Assembly (NCBI GenBank): GCA_965224195.1
Contig: OZ245040.1
Coordinates: 544,001 to 608,000, forward strand
Source: Nitrosopumilus sp.
Lineage (GTDB): Archaea > Thermoproteota > Nitrososphaeria > Nitrososphaerales > Nitrosopumilaceae
DNA: 64,000 bases
Direction of reading: 5' to 3'
The stretch's first letter is position 1, and each line of letters opens with the position of its first letter. The position numbers and the translations under genes are program-made. Under the pieces are notes generated by a model. It worked only from the letters and a program-made list of their open reading frames with translations, did not search any database and was not told the DNA's origin. Below, piece by piece: positions 17,807 to 28,051 of the stretch.

Positions 17807-20323
17807 ATGCATCTAATTCATAATTTCATATCTATGCCGGTTGAAAAATACGGTTTAAAGTTAATTCCCTTTAAATCTCAAGGTTCAGAATCTGGAAAAT
17901 ATCCATTTGTTCCCTCTGAATCATTTAATAATTTAATATCTGAAATTCAAGAAATTCGTGAAGATAAAGACGCTGGCTCTATCATCTTTAGAGGCCCCCA
18001 AGGTAGTGGTAAAACTGCTACTAGGAATGGAATTTTAAATAATTTTTTACAACAAACCGATGTTGGAATAATTACCGTTAATCTTTCTTCACTTGAATTA
18101 AGAGATTTGACATGGTCAATAGCAAATAATGCCAAAAAACAGAATTTAATTGATGATAAATTTCTTAAAGAAATAGATTATGTTGAAGGGCAAAATATTG
18201 AAAGGCCCAGGTTATTAGAAATAATCATTTCAATTATAGAAAAAATTTTGTCAGTAAAGGAATTTGGTATTTTAATTATTGATGAATTTGATATTATTTC
18301 TCAACCTACTTTTCATGATACAGATAATCAAACAACTTTTCTTCAAAATATTACAAATTTTTTAAATTTGATCAGTGAATCTAAAATGGTACAAAAAAAA
18401 TCGTTTTGCACAATTCTTGCACAAACTGATAAAAGTTCTGAGGATTTTATAACATATGTCTCTAATAGACATAAACCACTTGCTTCTAGATTAAAACGTA
18501 GTGTTGATATAGAATATAATTTGGATGAAACAAAACAAATCATCTTGAACAGATTAGAATCTGAACAAATAGATGGATTTGTAAAACCTGATGGAAATGA
18601 ATTTTTTCCCTTAGATGAAAAAATAATAGAATTTCTTTTTATTGAAATTAATCAATTGACACTAAAGAAAAAAATGACTGCATTTAGAGATGTGGAACAA
18701 ATTTTACATAATTCAATTGTAAAATCTTTGGAAAAAAATTTACCAAAAGTGGATATTAATATTGTTATGGAGATCTTTAATCAGGAAAAAACAAAACTAT
18801 TTGAAATTAAACGAGAAGAACTTCGAATTAACAAAGAAACAATTATTGAGCTTGATAAATTACTCCTTGACAAGGATCACTCTGCAGCAAATAACTTGTA
18901 TCTTGATGGTATTAAAGATGGAATGACTGTTTGGGAATCACAATTATACAAAACTGTTGACTCTAATGGTGCAAGATCAAGATTAATTCCAGATAATGGG
19001 CACAGTTTATTCATTAATAGTATCAGGTTAGATCTTCAATCTAGTTCAAAACATCACAAGTCAATTTTGTGGTATGATGTTTCTAAATTTGAAAACAAAG
19101 AATTCACTGATAAGGATTTTAAAGAAATTAATTTATTTTTAGATGAAAACAAAGATGAAAGAAATGGATGCCAATTTTCAATTTTAACTATATTTTCAGA
19201 TACCCTATTAACAGATGAAATAAAATTAAAAAATGATCAAATTACTTCTATGGATGAAATCTTTATCTGTAACAATATTGTAAAAAAAGCAATCATTGGA
19301 ATAGCAATTTCTAACTCAGCAACTAAGGATGTATCGAATCCTTCAGATGATCGTGAGCAATTTAAGCCTAATTGGAATACACATCTACATAGTGTATGTA
19401 CTGATAAATTAGGAGAAACTCTTCACGATCTTGATAAAGAATTTTCAGATAAAAATAAAGTTCTTGTTCAAATTCTCTTTACAAAATCTGCTATTGGGGA
19501 AACATTCCAAAAAAAGGTTGATCTAAAAAACTTGGCAAGAGGAATTTCTAATTTGAATATTCAAGAAAACAATGTTAATGAAATCATACTATTAGGATTT
19601 TGTAATGAAGAACTACAACCTACCATTCCACGAAATCTGGTTTCACTTAAAAATTTAATCGAATTAGGAAAAACAAGTGATGAAATTTTAACATTTTTCT
19701 CTAAACCTTTTACATTTGGAGCTGCAAAATTATTAAATATTATTGATGATAATGGGAAATTAGTTAATTTTGAGAATCTAAAAAAGGAAATCGAGGATGA
19801 TTTAATTCAAAAAATGAAAGATGTTTTACCCGAGGATACTACAACTTTATCAGTTAATCAAACAATAATTAAATTACTTGTAGACGCATTTGAAAAAATC
19901 GATGAAATAACTAATTATTTAAAAAAAATAATTGTGTTGAGCTATATTCGTGAACAATCTGAAAAATCTTTGGAAGATTTATCTGTAGATTCAACATTCT
20001 CTGAATCTGGTGCTTCCACCACTGAATCTGGTGCTTCCACCACTGAATCTGGTGCTTCCACCACTGAATCTGGTGCTTCCACCACTGAATCTGGTGCTGC
20101 TGATGTTCGCGATACCGCTGTAAATAATGAAAAATCTGAAGAAATAACTCTCGACATGCTTCTAGATGTATGTAATGATGTTCTAAAGGATGGTAAATTA
20201 ACACTCAATGAATTACGCAAAAGAATTAGTATGAAACCACGTTTTGAAGACGAGACTAAATGGGTTACAAAAATTTATGCTTTAATTCGTAGTAGTAAAA
20301 TATCTCTCAGTAAAGGAAATTAA
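17807..20323 (+). CDS. P-loop AAA+ ATPase (DpdH/Cdc6-like) with repeat linker and short C-terminal domain
   Basis: Walker A GPQGSGKT, Walker B IIDEFD, Arg finger PLASRL; real start possibly 17834. Confidence 0.8.
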   Translation: MHLIHNFISMPVEKYGLKLIPFKSQGSESGKYPFVPSESFNNLISEIQEIREDKDAGSIIFRGPQGSGKTATRNGILNNFLQQTDVGIITVNLSSLELRDLTWSIANNAKKQNLIDDKFLKEIDYVEGQNIERPRLLEIIISIIEKILSVKEFGILIIDEFDIISQPTFHDTDNQTTFLQNITNFLNLISESKMVQKKSFCTILAQTDKSSEDFITYVSNRHKPLASRLKRSVDIEYNLDETKQIILNRLESEQIDGFVKPDGNEFFPLDEKIIEFLFIEINQLTLKKKMTAFRDVEQILHNSIVKSLEKNLPKVDINIVMEIFNQEKTKLFEIKREELRINKETIIELDKLLLDKDHSAANNLYLDGIKDGMTVWESQLYKTVDSNGARSRLIPDNGHSLFINSIRLDLQSSSKHHKSILWYDVSKFENKEFTDKDFKEINLFLDENKDERNGCQFSILTIFSDTLLTDEIKLKNDQITSMDEIFICNNIVKKAIIGIAISNSATKDVSNPSDDREQFKPNWNTHLHSVCTDKLGETLHDLDKEFSDKNKVLVQILFTKSAIGETFQKKVDLKNLARGISNLNIQENNVNEIILLGFCNEELQPTIPRNLVSLKNLIELGKTSDEILTFFSKPFTFGAAKLLNIIDDNGKLVNFENLKKEIEDDLIQKMKDVLPEDTTTLSVNQTIIKLLVDAFEKIDEITNYLKKIIVLSYIREQSEKSLEDLSVDSTFSESGASTTESGASTTESGASTTESGASTTESGAADVRDTAVNNEKSEEITLDMLLDVCNDVLKDGKLTLNELRKRISMKPRFEDETKWVTKIYALIRSSKISLSKGN
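20001..20098 (+). repeat. 21-bp coding tandem repeat, 4 full copies plus 14 bp (ESGASTT)
   Basis: CTGAATCTGGTGCTTCCACCA identical at 20001, 20022, 20043, 20064; partial at 20085. Confidence 0.97.
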
Positions 20324-20324
20324 A

Positions 20325-21323
20325 ATGCAACTTAATAAAAAAATTATCAAAGCTCCAGCTGTAGATAATCTTAATATTCTTAAAAAAATTATTAAAAGTC
20401 TAGAGTATACCCCTATCCCATTTAGTTATATTGATGAAAGGAATCTTGAATCGCTAGAAAATAAGAAAAAAATTTCTCACCAAGTCCATGAAAGTATTAA
20501 TGAATGGAAAGATAGTCAAGAGATTTCTCATGCAAAAGGATTTTTACAATCTATTGTTTCATTATTAAGATCATTGAATATTATTTCAAATGTAAAAATT
20601 AAAAAAGAATTTTTAGATACACCACTTGGTTTTTCTGGACCAATGCTTAATACATTTTTAACAAAAAGTATTGATGCAGTTATGTTGACAAAAATTGGAT
20701 ATAGTCTTTTAGATTTATTGGAAAAAAATGATATTCAATCTAGAAATACATATGATAATATATTATTCTGGAGATTTTTACATAGTAACATAACACATAA
20801 CTTTCAACGACTTTTTGAAAATTCTGATACTTATACAAAAGGAATTGAAAAAACACTAGAGAAATTTGAAACAGATACTCGTACAAGAGGTATTTTCTTA
20901 AGTTGGATAAATTATTTTGATTTAAAAGGAATTGATGAGACTCATAGTAATTCAATTATTTTGAGCAAAAAAAAAGTTATTAAAAAAATTATTTCATCCA
21001 CTATACTTGAATTAAACACTTTAAAAATTGACATATATTCAATTGAAATACTTTCAAACCATCTTTCTCAACAACTTGATTTGTCTAATACTATCTGTGA
21101 CTTCTTATCTATTTTTGAGATTATTTTAAAACACACAAACTTATCAGATGAACAAAAGAAATCTATATCTGGAACAACATCCTCAAGAATCAGTTCACAC
21201 TTGCCAAATTTTCCTAAAATAAACATGTTAAAAATTCATAGTAGTATACCTATGGATCAAATTTTAGAAAATACTACAGACTCTGAATTTAATTCAGTAT
21301 TGAATTTTGGTGATAATGAGTGA
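20325..21323 (+). CDS. putative tandem winged-helix DNA-binding protein
   Basis: operonic (1-bp gap upstream, GTGA overlap downstream); LRSLNII...MLTKIG...RTRGIFLSW pattern. Confidence 0.5.
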   Translation: MQLNKKIIKAPAVDNLNILKKIIKSLEYTPIPFSYIDERNLESLENKKKISHQVHESINEWKDSQEISHAKGFLQSIVSLLRSLNIISNVKIKKEFLDTPLGFSGPMLNTFLTKSIDAVMLTKIGYSLLDLLEKNDIQSRNTYDNILFWRFLHSNITHNFQRLFENSDTYTKGIEKTLEKFETDTRTRGIFLSWINYFDLKGIDETHSNSIILSKKKVIKKIISSTILELNTLKIDIYSIEILSNHLSQQLDLSNTICDFLSIFEIILKHTNLSDEQKKSISGTTSSRISSHLPNFPKINMLKIHSSIPMDQILENTTDSEFNSVLNFGDNE

Positions 21324-24010
21324 ATCCCAAGGATATTGTAAAAGATGAAATTTATCGTATAGAAAATTCATTAATTCAACAAAAAATATTTCTTGATAAC
21401 AACAATCAACCAATGTTTATCACGAATGTGCAGATTGCGAAAGGAACTGGATTATCTGAAACAGAAGTCATAGATGTCATAACAGAATTAGCCCAAAATG
21501 AGAAAAATGAATTTATTATTTTTGATAATACTCTCGGTATTTCGGCAGATGAAAATATTCAGTTTTTTGTTAGAACAAGAATATATCATATAATATGGAC
21601 ATTGTATAGATCTGCCAGTAGAACCAGGAGTAATCCGCCTAAATTTAATATTGGTGATTATCAATATTTACGACATGTTAAACGTCGTCCAAAACAATCT
21701 GAAAATTTAGAAGATGTATTTAATGATGAGGAAATCAAAAAGAATTTTGACTATCCAAAAAATGACTTGTTCAATAAGGTTATTGCCCATATTAAAATAA
21801 ATACTAATTTCAAAAAAATTAGTAACTTTCAAAAAAAATCAACTGTTAAAATATTAAAAAATCTTGAATTAAGAAAAAAGCCAAGAGGTATTGTCTTGGT
21901 TGCTGGCACAGGTGCTGGTAAATCATTTGCATACCAATTTCCACTCTTACTTTGGATACTAAATAAAAAATTTAAAAAATTTGATGAATTCCGTAAAGGA
22001 TACATTAAGGAATCTGATTTACATGTTAATTGTACTGGATTACTGATTTTTCCAAGAAACGCTTTAGCACAAGATCAATTTGAATCCATATCCTATCTAA
22101 TTGATATTATTAATGAAGAAATTTGCAAATTCCCTGATGCAGTAGGAAGAAAATTCCTTACAATTAAAAAACCACTTCCTGACTTTCATAGTAATATTAG
22201 TGGTGATTTGAAAAACAAATATGGAAATAACTCTGAAAAAGGTTATCCTGATTTAATTATCACTCATCCCAAATCATTAGAACGTAGACTTATCAATCCA
22301 GATTGTAGTTTTGTGTATAAACAAGGAATAGATTGTGTATTATATGATGAAGTACACTTATGGGATGGAATAGAAGGGGCAGAAATTGCTTCATTAAATG
22401 CACGATTACAAAATTTATTCCAAGAAAAGTCAAATCCGCCGTTATTTGTTGGTATGTCTGCAACAATTGATCAACCTGAATGGCATTGCCAAAAATTATT
22501 TTCTTTGTTGACTGAAAAGAAACCTGAATCCATAATACAAGGAGACGATGATGATACAGTGCCTTTTTCAATTGAACATCATTTAATTCTTAAACCTAGA
22601 AGTGGTCGACCCCCAATAGGTGTTGCAATAGATACAACATCATGCTTGATACATAATCGTAGAAATGGATTATCATTATCACATGATGATGATAATTTCC
22701 CCTCACACATAGATCGAGAAAATAAAGACAAAAGTCTCACTTTTATAGATTCTTTAAATCAAACTGCAAAATTTGCTAACAAATTAAATAATTTTGAATA
22801 TTTTTGGGATGGTCATGCTCAAATAGCACGAACTTCAGGTTCCCAAAGACCATACAGATCATATCTTTATCACTATAGACCCGAGCAACGTCCACCTAAA
22901 GGAGTTCCAAACAATAAATGGACCGCCAATCATGATTGTAATGACTGTGTAAATCGAACTAGTCCAGAAATTTTTACATGTCCAAGTTATGCTCGCGGTG
23001 AATGTTGGTATTATTCTTCAGATGATGCAAATCAATTTGCAAATACCCCTTATGGAAATTGGAAACAATTAGTTCGAGGAGACAGACTAACAGTTCCAAG
23101 AGACAATATTCGTTCAATACGAGTTTCAAGTTTAGAAAACAAAAAAATTAAAAATAAATATGATTATTTTTTGTTTAAAGATAACATATGGATACCTGAT
23201 GGTAAAGTTCCTGCTTCTGTAGATATGGTTTCTGATATTGATAATATCGTGTCAACTTCCACTCTAGAAGTAGGGGTTGACTTCAAAAAGATCAAAGAAA
23301 TTATACAAGTTGGAGACATTCGATCTCCTTCATCATATAAACAAAAAGCTGGTAGAGGAGCTCGTGAAGGAAATAGTGAGGATGGGTTATTTGTAATGAC
23401 TGTTATTAATGACTCTTCCTTAGCATATTATCATTTTAAACACTTTAGTAGATTAGTGAAATCTAGTCTAGATCCACTAAAACTTGAAACAACAAATCCC
23501 AATATCATAAGATCTAATTGCTTCTTTTCAATTTTTGATTTTATGGCATTAAATAAAATTAATTTATTTAAAATTGTACGTTTAGAGGCTACAGAAATAG
23601 ATTTGGAATATGAAAAAGCAATAAAATTACTTGATGATTCTAAATTGGAAAAATATGTTGCAAGATTTCTTGCTAAATTTAACAAATCAGAAAGTAGTAT
23701 TATCCAAAAAACCATTAAAGATGTACGAGATTTTCTAGAAATACTATCAACAAAAAGAGAAGTAATTATTAATGATGTGAAAATACAACATACTCTACAC
23801 GAATGGTTGATACAATCTGTTAATAGTCTAAATACTCTACAAGAAGTTAAAAAACAATTAGGTATTGATACACTTCAAAAACAAGAAGATGCAATAGGCG
23901 ATATCACAAAGTATATGGATGAGTTAGAAACATCCTATCAAAAACAATTTCCTGATGATGATTTAATTACAAAAAAATTACATGAATTGAGGAGAGAGAT
24001 ATTTGAGTAA
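21320..24010 (+). CDS. SF2 DEAD/DEAH-box helicase (DpdJ/DrmA-like)
   Basis: AGTGAGKS, FPRNALAQDQ, DEVH, SAT, STSTLEVGVD, QKAGRGAR; Cys-rich insertion. Confidence 0.9.
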   Translation: MNPKDIVKDEIYRIENSLIQQKIFLDNNNQPMFITNVQIAKGTGLSETEVIDVITELAQNEKNEFIIFDNTLGISADENIQFFVRTRIYHIIWTLYRSASRTRSNPPKFNIGDYQYLRHVKRRPKQSENLEDVFNDEEIKKNFDYPKNDLFNKVIAHIKINTNFKKISNFQKKSTVKILKNLELRKKPRGIVLVAGTGAGKSFAYQFPLLLWILNKKFKKFDEFRKGYIKESDLHVNCTGLLIFPRNALAQDQFESISYLIDIINEEICKFPDAVGRKFLTIKKPLPDFHSNISGDLKNKYGNNSEKGYPDLIITHPKSLERRLINPDCSFVYKQGIDCVLYDEVHLWDGIEGAEIASLNARLQNLFQEKSNPPLFVGMSATIDQPEWHCQKLFSLLTEKKPESIIQGDDDDTVPFSIEHHLILKPRSGRPPIGVAIDTTSCLIHNRRNGLSLSHDDDNFPSHIDRENKDKSLTFIDSLNQTAKFANKLNNFEYFWDGHAQIARTSGSQRPYRSYLYHYRPEQRPPKGVPNNKWTANHDCNDCVNRTSPEIFTCPSYARGECWYYSSDDANQFANTPYGNWKQLVRGDRLTVPRDNIRSIRVSSLENKKIKNKYDYFLFKDNIWIPDGKVPASVDMVSDIDNIVSTSTLEVGVDFKKIKEIIQVGDIRSPSSYKQKAGRGAREGNSEDGLFVMTVINDSSLAYYHFKHFSRLVKSSLDPLKLETTNPNIIRSNCFFSIFDFMALNKINLFKIVRLEATEIDLEYEKAIKLLDDSKLEKYVARFLAKFNKSESSIIQKTIKDVRDFLEILSTKREVIINDVKIQHTLHEWLIQSVNSLNTLQEVKKQLGIDTLQKQEDAIGDITKYMDELETSYQKQFPDDDLITKKLHELRREIFE

Positions 24011-26237
24011 AATAGATGAAATAGAAAAAATTCTAGAAAATAGGTTAAAAGAAGTAGAATTTAAAAAAAGCAACTTGATTGTTAATCCATTCACTAATCT
24101 TAAAAACTCCTTAAAAGAATTTGAAGAAAGTAAAAAAATTTCTAATAAAAGTGGGATTGATATTTTCAGATTGGAATTATATTTATCTGAATTATATGAA
24201 GACTTGAACAATAGAAAGGGAAATCAAAAATCCGATGAAACATCGTTTAATGTCTTCACAAAATTACCACTAAAACCTTATGCCAAATCATCCATCGGTT
24301 CTACGGTTACGTTATCTAGAGGGACAAATTATTCTGAGGAGGTATTGCCATCAAAAACTATTTTTACACAACTTTTACCGGGTCAAGTAACACATAGGTG
24401 GGATTTCCATTCACAATGGAGAGTTCCATGTGGAAAATATTCTGAAGATTTTATTAGTCATCTTAAAGGAATTCATAAAATATCTTCAACTCCATTTATC
24501 CAACATGAAGGTAAAAATGTCCACACATTAGAAAAAATAAATGTTATGACGTTACAAGGGGTTACCAATAACTCATATGTAGATGAGAATGGTGAAGAAC
24601 AGAAAAGACAAGGAGGAATTCCTGTTTGTCCAGAATGTTTGTCAATAAATATTTCTGGGGGCAGAGTGGCAGAACAGTGTATTCATGTAAGAGATGGTAA
24701 CAGTAATCCTATAGGACGTTCCTCATTATATGCATCTCCAATTTTAGAAAATATTGAAATTAGTGGTGAGAGAGAAATATCAAAACCAAATCATTTCTCT
24801 TTCCCGTTAAATGAAATATTTGAAAAAATAGAGTTTTTAGAAAATTGTCAAATCATTACTGTTGCTACAGGTTTTAGTAGAGAAATAGGAGGTGTCTCGA
24901 TACAAGTTCAATATGATCCATATATCGGATATAAGACAGATACAAACGGATTATTATTTGTAGTAAAAGAGATTCCAGGTGATTTTGTTAAACAAGTATT
25001 AAATGATGATTTTCTTGTGAGGGATGTCATAATAGATATTCTACAAGATAAAATTCTTCATATTTTAAATAATTCGAATAAGAGTTCTTTTGAATTAGAA
25101 GTATGGCTTTCTGGACTAATCAAAGCGTTAAGACTTGATTCAATTTCGACCACCTTTGATTATTTGAACACACTTAATCAATTACATTCTGCTTCATTTG
25201 ATGATGATTTTTTAAGTTGTGTTCAAACTGAATTAAGTTATTATGAATACGAACAATTTGGCATAGATCCAACAAGAATTGCAGTAATGTCTAACGAAAT
25301 AAAAAATATCAGTATTTCAGAAGATGATTTAAAATTAAAAATTAAAAGATTGCTTAAAAATTCATTAACTTACTTAATACATCAAACAGGATTGGTTACA
25401 TCAGGTTCAACTGATCAAGATATTGGATTTATATATCCAAAAGAAAATACAAACGAAATTTTACTTTTTGATGATATGTCTGGTGGAAATGGTGCTTCAA
25501 AATTAATTAATGATTATTTGGTTGGTGTAAGCTCTTCATATTCTCCAAAGCATGGAGCACGACCCAAATATTTTCAAGAAACATTTTTTGAATTATTACA
25601 GCCATGTCCACAAGGTACTGCTGATAGAAGTTTTTTCCAAGATTTGGTTAAAATCTTTACAAATTTTTCTAACAATAATTTAATTAGTAAAAAATTTGAA
25701 GAAATTCAAGAACAACAAAATGCTTCACAAAATGAATTTGCGCAAATAAAAACTTCTGGTATTCAAAATATGTTTCCTCATTCAATTGGTAAAAGAGGAT
25801 TAATACAAAATGGAATAACAAACACAACAGAAAGTAAGAAAATTCAAGAAATTGCAAACATCTGTATCCACGGTTGTTTTGAATGTGGTCTTTTAAAGGG
25901 GAATTATTCTGGAATAAAAGGTCCTAAACTTGAGAAATTTTATGTTAGTAAATATTTACTTGATAAATACTTCAAATTTGTTACACAAAAAATTCGAATT
26001 GATATTGATACCAATACATCTGAAATAGAAAAAATTTTCAAAGAACACAAAATGATAATTATTTCACAAAAAATTGGAAATGCTAACAACATCTATCAAG
26101 TGATGTCAAAAATGAATTCATTAATTGGTGAAGAATTCGATAAAAAATTGGTGAAATTTTCAGGACTGTGGTTTGATTGTCCAATTTCAAATTCTCCAGA
26201 GGTTGAATTATCTATTTTATTGAGCGTGATTAAATGA
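24003..26237 (+). CDS. DUF1998/MrfA-like Zn-binding helicase partner (DrmB- or DpdJ C-terminus-like)
   Basis: LFDDMSGGNGAS followed by PCP...ICIHGCFEC; overlaps helicase stop. Confidence 0.75.
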   Translation: MSKIDEIEKILENRLKEVEFKKSNLIVNPFTNLKNSLKEFEESKKISNKSGIDIFRLELYLSELYEDLNNRKGNQKSDETSFNVFTKLPLKPYAKSSIGSTVTLSRGTNYSEEVLPSKTIFTQLLPGQVTHRWDFHSQWRVPCGKYSEDFISHLKGIHKISSTPFIQHEGKNVHTLEKINVMTLQGVTNNSYVDENGEEQKRQGGIPVCPECLSINISGGRVAEQCIHVRDGNSNPIGRSSLYASPILENIEISGEREISKPNHFSFPLNEIFEKIEFLENCQIITVATGFSREIGGVSIQVQYDPYIGYKTDTNGLLFVVKEIPGDFVKQVLNDDFLVRDVIIDILQDKILHILNNSNKSSFELEVWLSGLIKALRLDSISTTFDYLNTLNQLHSASFDDDFLSCVQTELSYYEYEQFGIDPTRIAVMSNEIKNISISEDDLKLKIKRLLKNSLTYLIHQTGLVTSGSTDQDIGFIYPKENTNEILLFDDMSGGNGASKLINDYLVGVSSSYSPKHGARPKYFQETFFELLQPCPQGTADRSFFQDLVKIFTNFSNNNLISKKFEEIQEQQNASQNEFAQIKTSGIQNMFPHSIGKRGLIQNGITNTTESKKIQEIANICIHGCFECGLLKGNYSGIKGPKLEKFYVSKYLLDKYFKFVTQKIRIDIDTNTSEIEKIFKEHKMIIISQKIGNANNIYQVMSKMNSLIGEEFDKKLVKFSGLWFDCPISNSPEVELSILLSVIK

Positions 26238-26788
26238 CACATGTTGATGAACTAAATTATGCAATGGTGGATTTTGATATATTAGCTTCAGAATTAATAA
26301 AATCTATTTTTAATAAAAATGATGATAATGAAGTTATAATAATTTCACCGTGGATGGTAGATTATGCATTACCAATGACCTGGCCCTCTTTTAGTAGTAA
26401 TTTTATTAATATTACAGATATGCAAACAACAAGTGATATTCTAAGATTACTATTGCAGAATGGTGTTTTAGTAACGATCATGTCACATTCAACTGCACAA
26501 TTAGAAAAAGATGGATGGGGTAATGTTGCTATTAGAAATGCAGTAGATTTTTCTAATAAAATAAAAGATGATGGTGGAAAAATAATTCATAATCAAATAA
26601 ATCACGGTAAGCTAACATATACTAGTGAACATGCATTAGCTGGTTCTGGTAATTATACAAATAAGGGTAGGAATCCAATATTGCAAAATAACATAGGTGA
26701 ATTAATTGTTAAAAGTAAAGATGAAAAAAGTCATGGATTAAAACATAGATGGGCTTTAGATAGACTCAAAGAAGGAAAATCCATATAA
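26234..26788 (+). CDS. phospholipase D-family nuclease (DpdK/DrmC-like)
   Basis: IISPW, HGK (HKD Asp replaced) and GSGNYT; ATGA overlap. Confidence 0.8.
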   Translation: MTHVDELNYAMVDFDILASELIKSIFNKNDDNEVIIISPWMVDYALPMTWPSFSSNFINITDMQTTSDILRLLLQNGVLVTIMSHSTAQLEKDGWGNVAIRNAVDFSNKIKDDGGKIIHNQINHGKLTYTSEHALAGSGNYTNKGRNPILQNNIGELIVKSKDEKSHGLKHRWALDRLKEGKSI

Positions 26789-28051
26789 TTATTTCCCAAA
26801 ATAATACAAACCTAATTTTCTATCAATAGAGTTACACCATGTAGCCAATCCCAATAATAACAAAACATCTTCTTTGTCTTTCATTGAATATTTTTTTGAT
26901 TTTTTCAAATGAATTACAATATCCTCAAAGTTTTGAGGAGTATTTGACAATAGTTTTAACATGTACTTGTATTCTGGAATTTTTTCTTTTAATTTTTTAT
27001 TCAACTTTGTTTTAGCTGATCTTTTCTCCAATGATTTTAAGAACTCTTTACCTTCATTACTAAGATAGATAACACCATCACGTTTAGTTGTAAATTTTAA
27101 CAATTCTCCTAATTTTGTATAACTGCCATTTTCTGTTTCATATCTGGAGTGTAGTAGATTTTTTATGGCCATTCCATCTTTAACTGATTCTAGGAATTTG
27201 GGGAATTTTGTAACTGATATTTGAGGAGGTGTGAAATTACCTGTTACAGGACTTGCTTTTTTGTATTCACTGTTTTTTTTAGCGCCTTCTTCTGCTGCAC
27301 TAAATCCCTTATTTGAAATAATGAATGTAAAAGTACCTCGTCCTCTGTATGATAAATCCACTCTCAGAGGTAAATCATCACTTAAACCTAGTTTGACTTC
27401 TCCGCACTGAGTAACCATTTCAGTGACTGTTTTCAAATAATCCAATATGGTCCAAGTTTTCACATCTTTTTTTGGTATTTTATTTTTAAAAGACTCAAAC
27501 ACTTGACCTGAAAGATCTATTGTTTTGTGATAAGAAAATCCACCTTCTTCAGAACCTACAACAAATTTCCCATCCTCGATTCCAAAGAATATCTCTCTAG
27601 ACACTGATGATGCTTCATTAATTATCTCCAAGAATTCTTTGGATGGAATTGTGATTTCAGCATCATAATCTAAATTATTTGGTTCGGGTAGGTTGAATTC
27701 TTCATCCTCCAACCATTCTAATTCATAACGTGTTTTTTCATTATTTATAAAATTTAATGCAATGTTTTTTTTCCGAATATCAAGATTCAGTTTTTTTTCT
27801 TTTTTAATTTTTGTAATTACTTGTTTGAGCTTACCAATTTCAGCCTCTCTTGAAAATTTTTCAGAATCCCAGTTAAATCCATTAAAAAAGGTAGGTGATA
27901 ATTTAATATCCACATAACAAAAATCGTGAGGATCTATACTTCTAATCCTTACTCCGTTTTTACTAATATCAAATCTGGCTACATCTGTAAATCTTGTAAT
28001 GCCACGAAAAATGGCTTTGAATAATGCTAAATCCTCTATTCTTAATTCCAT
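26789..28051 (-). CDS. PCNA (sliding clamp) paralogue fused to a ~165-aa winged-helix-like domain
   Basis: first ~250 aa follow PCNA (FKAIF...VRIRSIDPHDFCYVDIKL...F, LPEPNNLDYDAEITI, VKLGLSDDLPLRVD...TFII); extra C-terminal domain PQ...YLSNEGKEFL...LATW. Confidence 0.82.
   Translation of the reverse strand: MELRIEDLALFKAIFRGITRFTDVARFDISKNGVRIRSIDPHDFCYVDIKLSPTFFNGFNWDSEKFSREAEIGKLKQVITKIKKEKKLNLDIRKKNIALNFINNEKTRYELEWLEDEEFNLPEPNNLDYDAEITIPSKEFLEIINEASSVSREIFFGIEDGKFVVGSEEGGFSYHKTIDLSGQVFESFKNKIPKKDVKTWTILDYLKTVTEMVTQCGEVKLGLSDDLPLRVDLSYRGRGTFTFIISNKGFSAAEEGAKKNSEYKKASPVTGNFTPPQISVTKFPKFLESVKDGMAIKNLLHSRYETENGSYTKLGELLKFTTKRDGVIYLSNEGKEFLKSLEKRSAKTKLNKKLKEKIPEYKYMLKLLSNTPQNFEDIVIHLKKSKKYSMKDKEDVLLLLGLATWCNSIDRKLGLYYFGK

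Noticed and set aside
20001-20098. Possible CRISPR array
   Set aside because: Repeats are head-to-tail with no spacers and lie in frame within a CDS; no cas genes.
19911-20220. Antisense ORFs with HQIQWWK or APDSVVE repeats
   Set aside because: Shadows of the 21-bp repeat in the ATPase gene.
21320-26788. Canonical DISARM
   Set aside because: No DNA methyltransferase, SNF2 DrmD or recognisable DrmE in the window.
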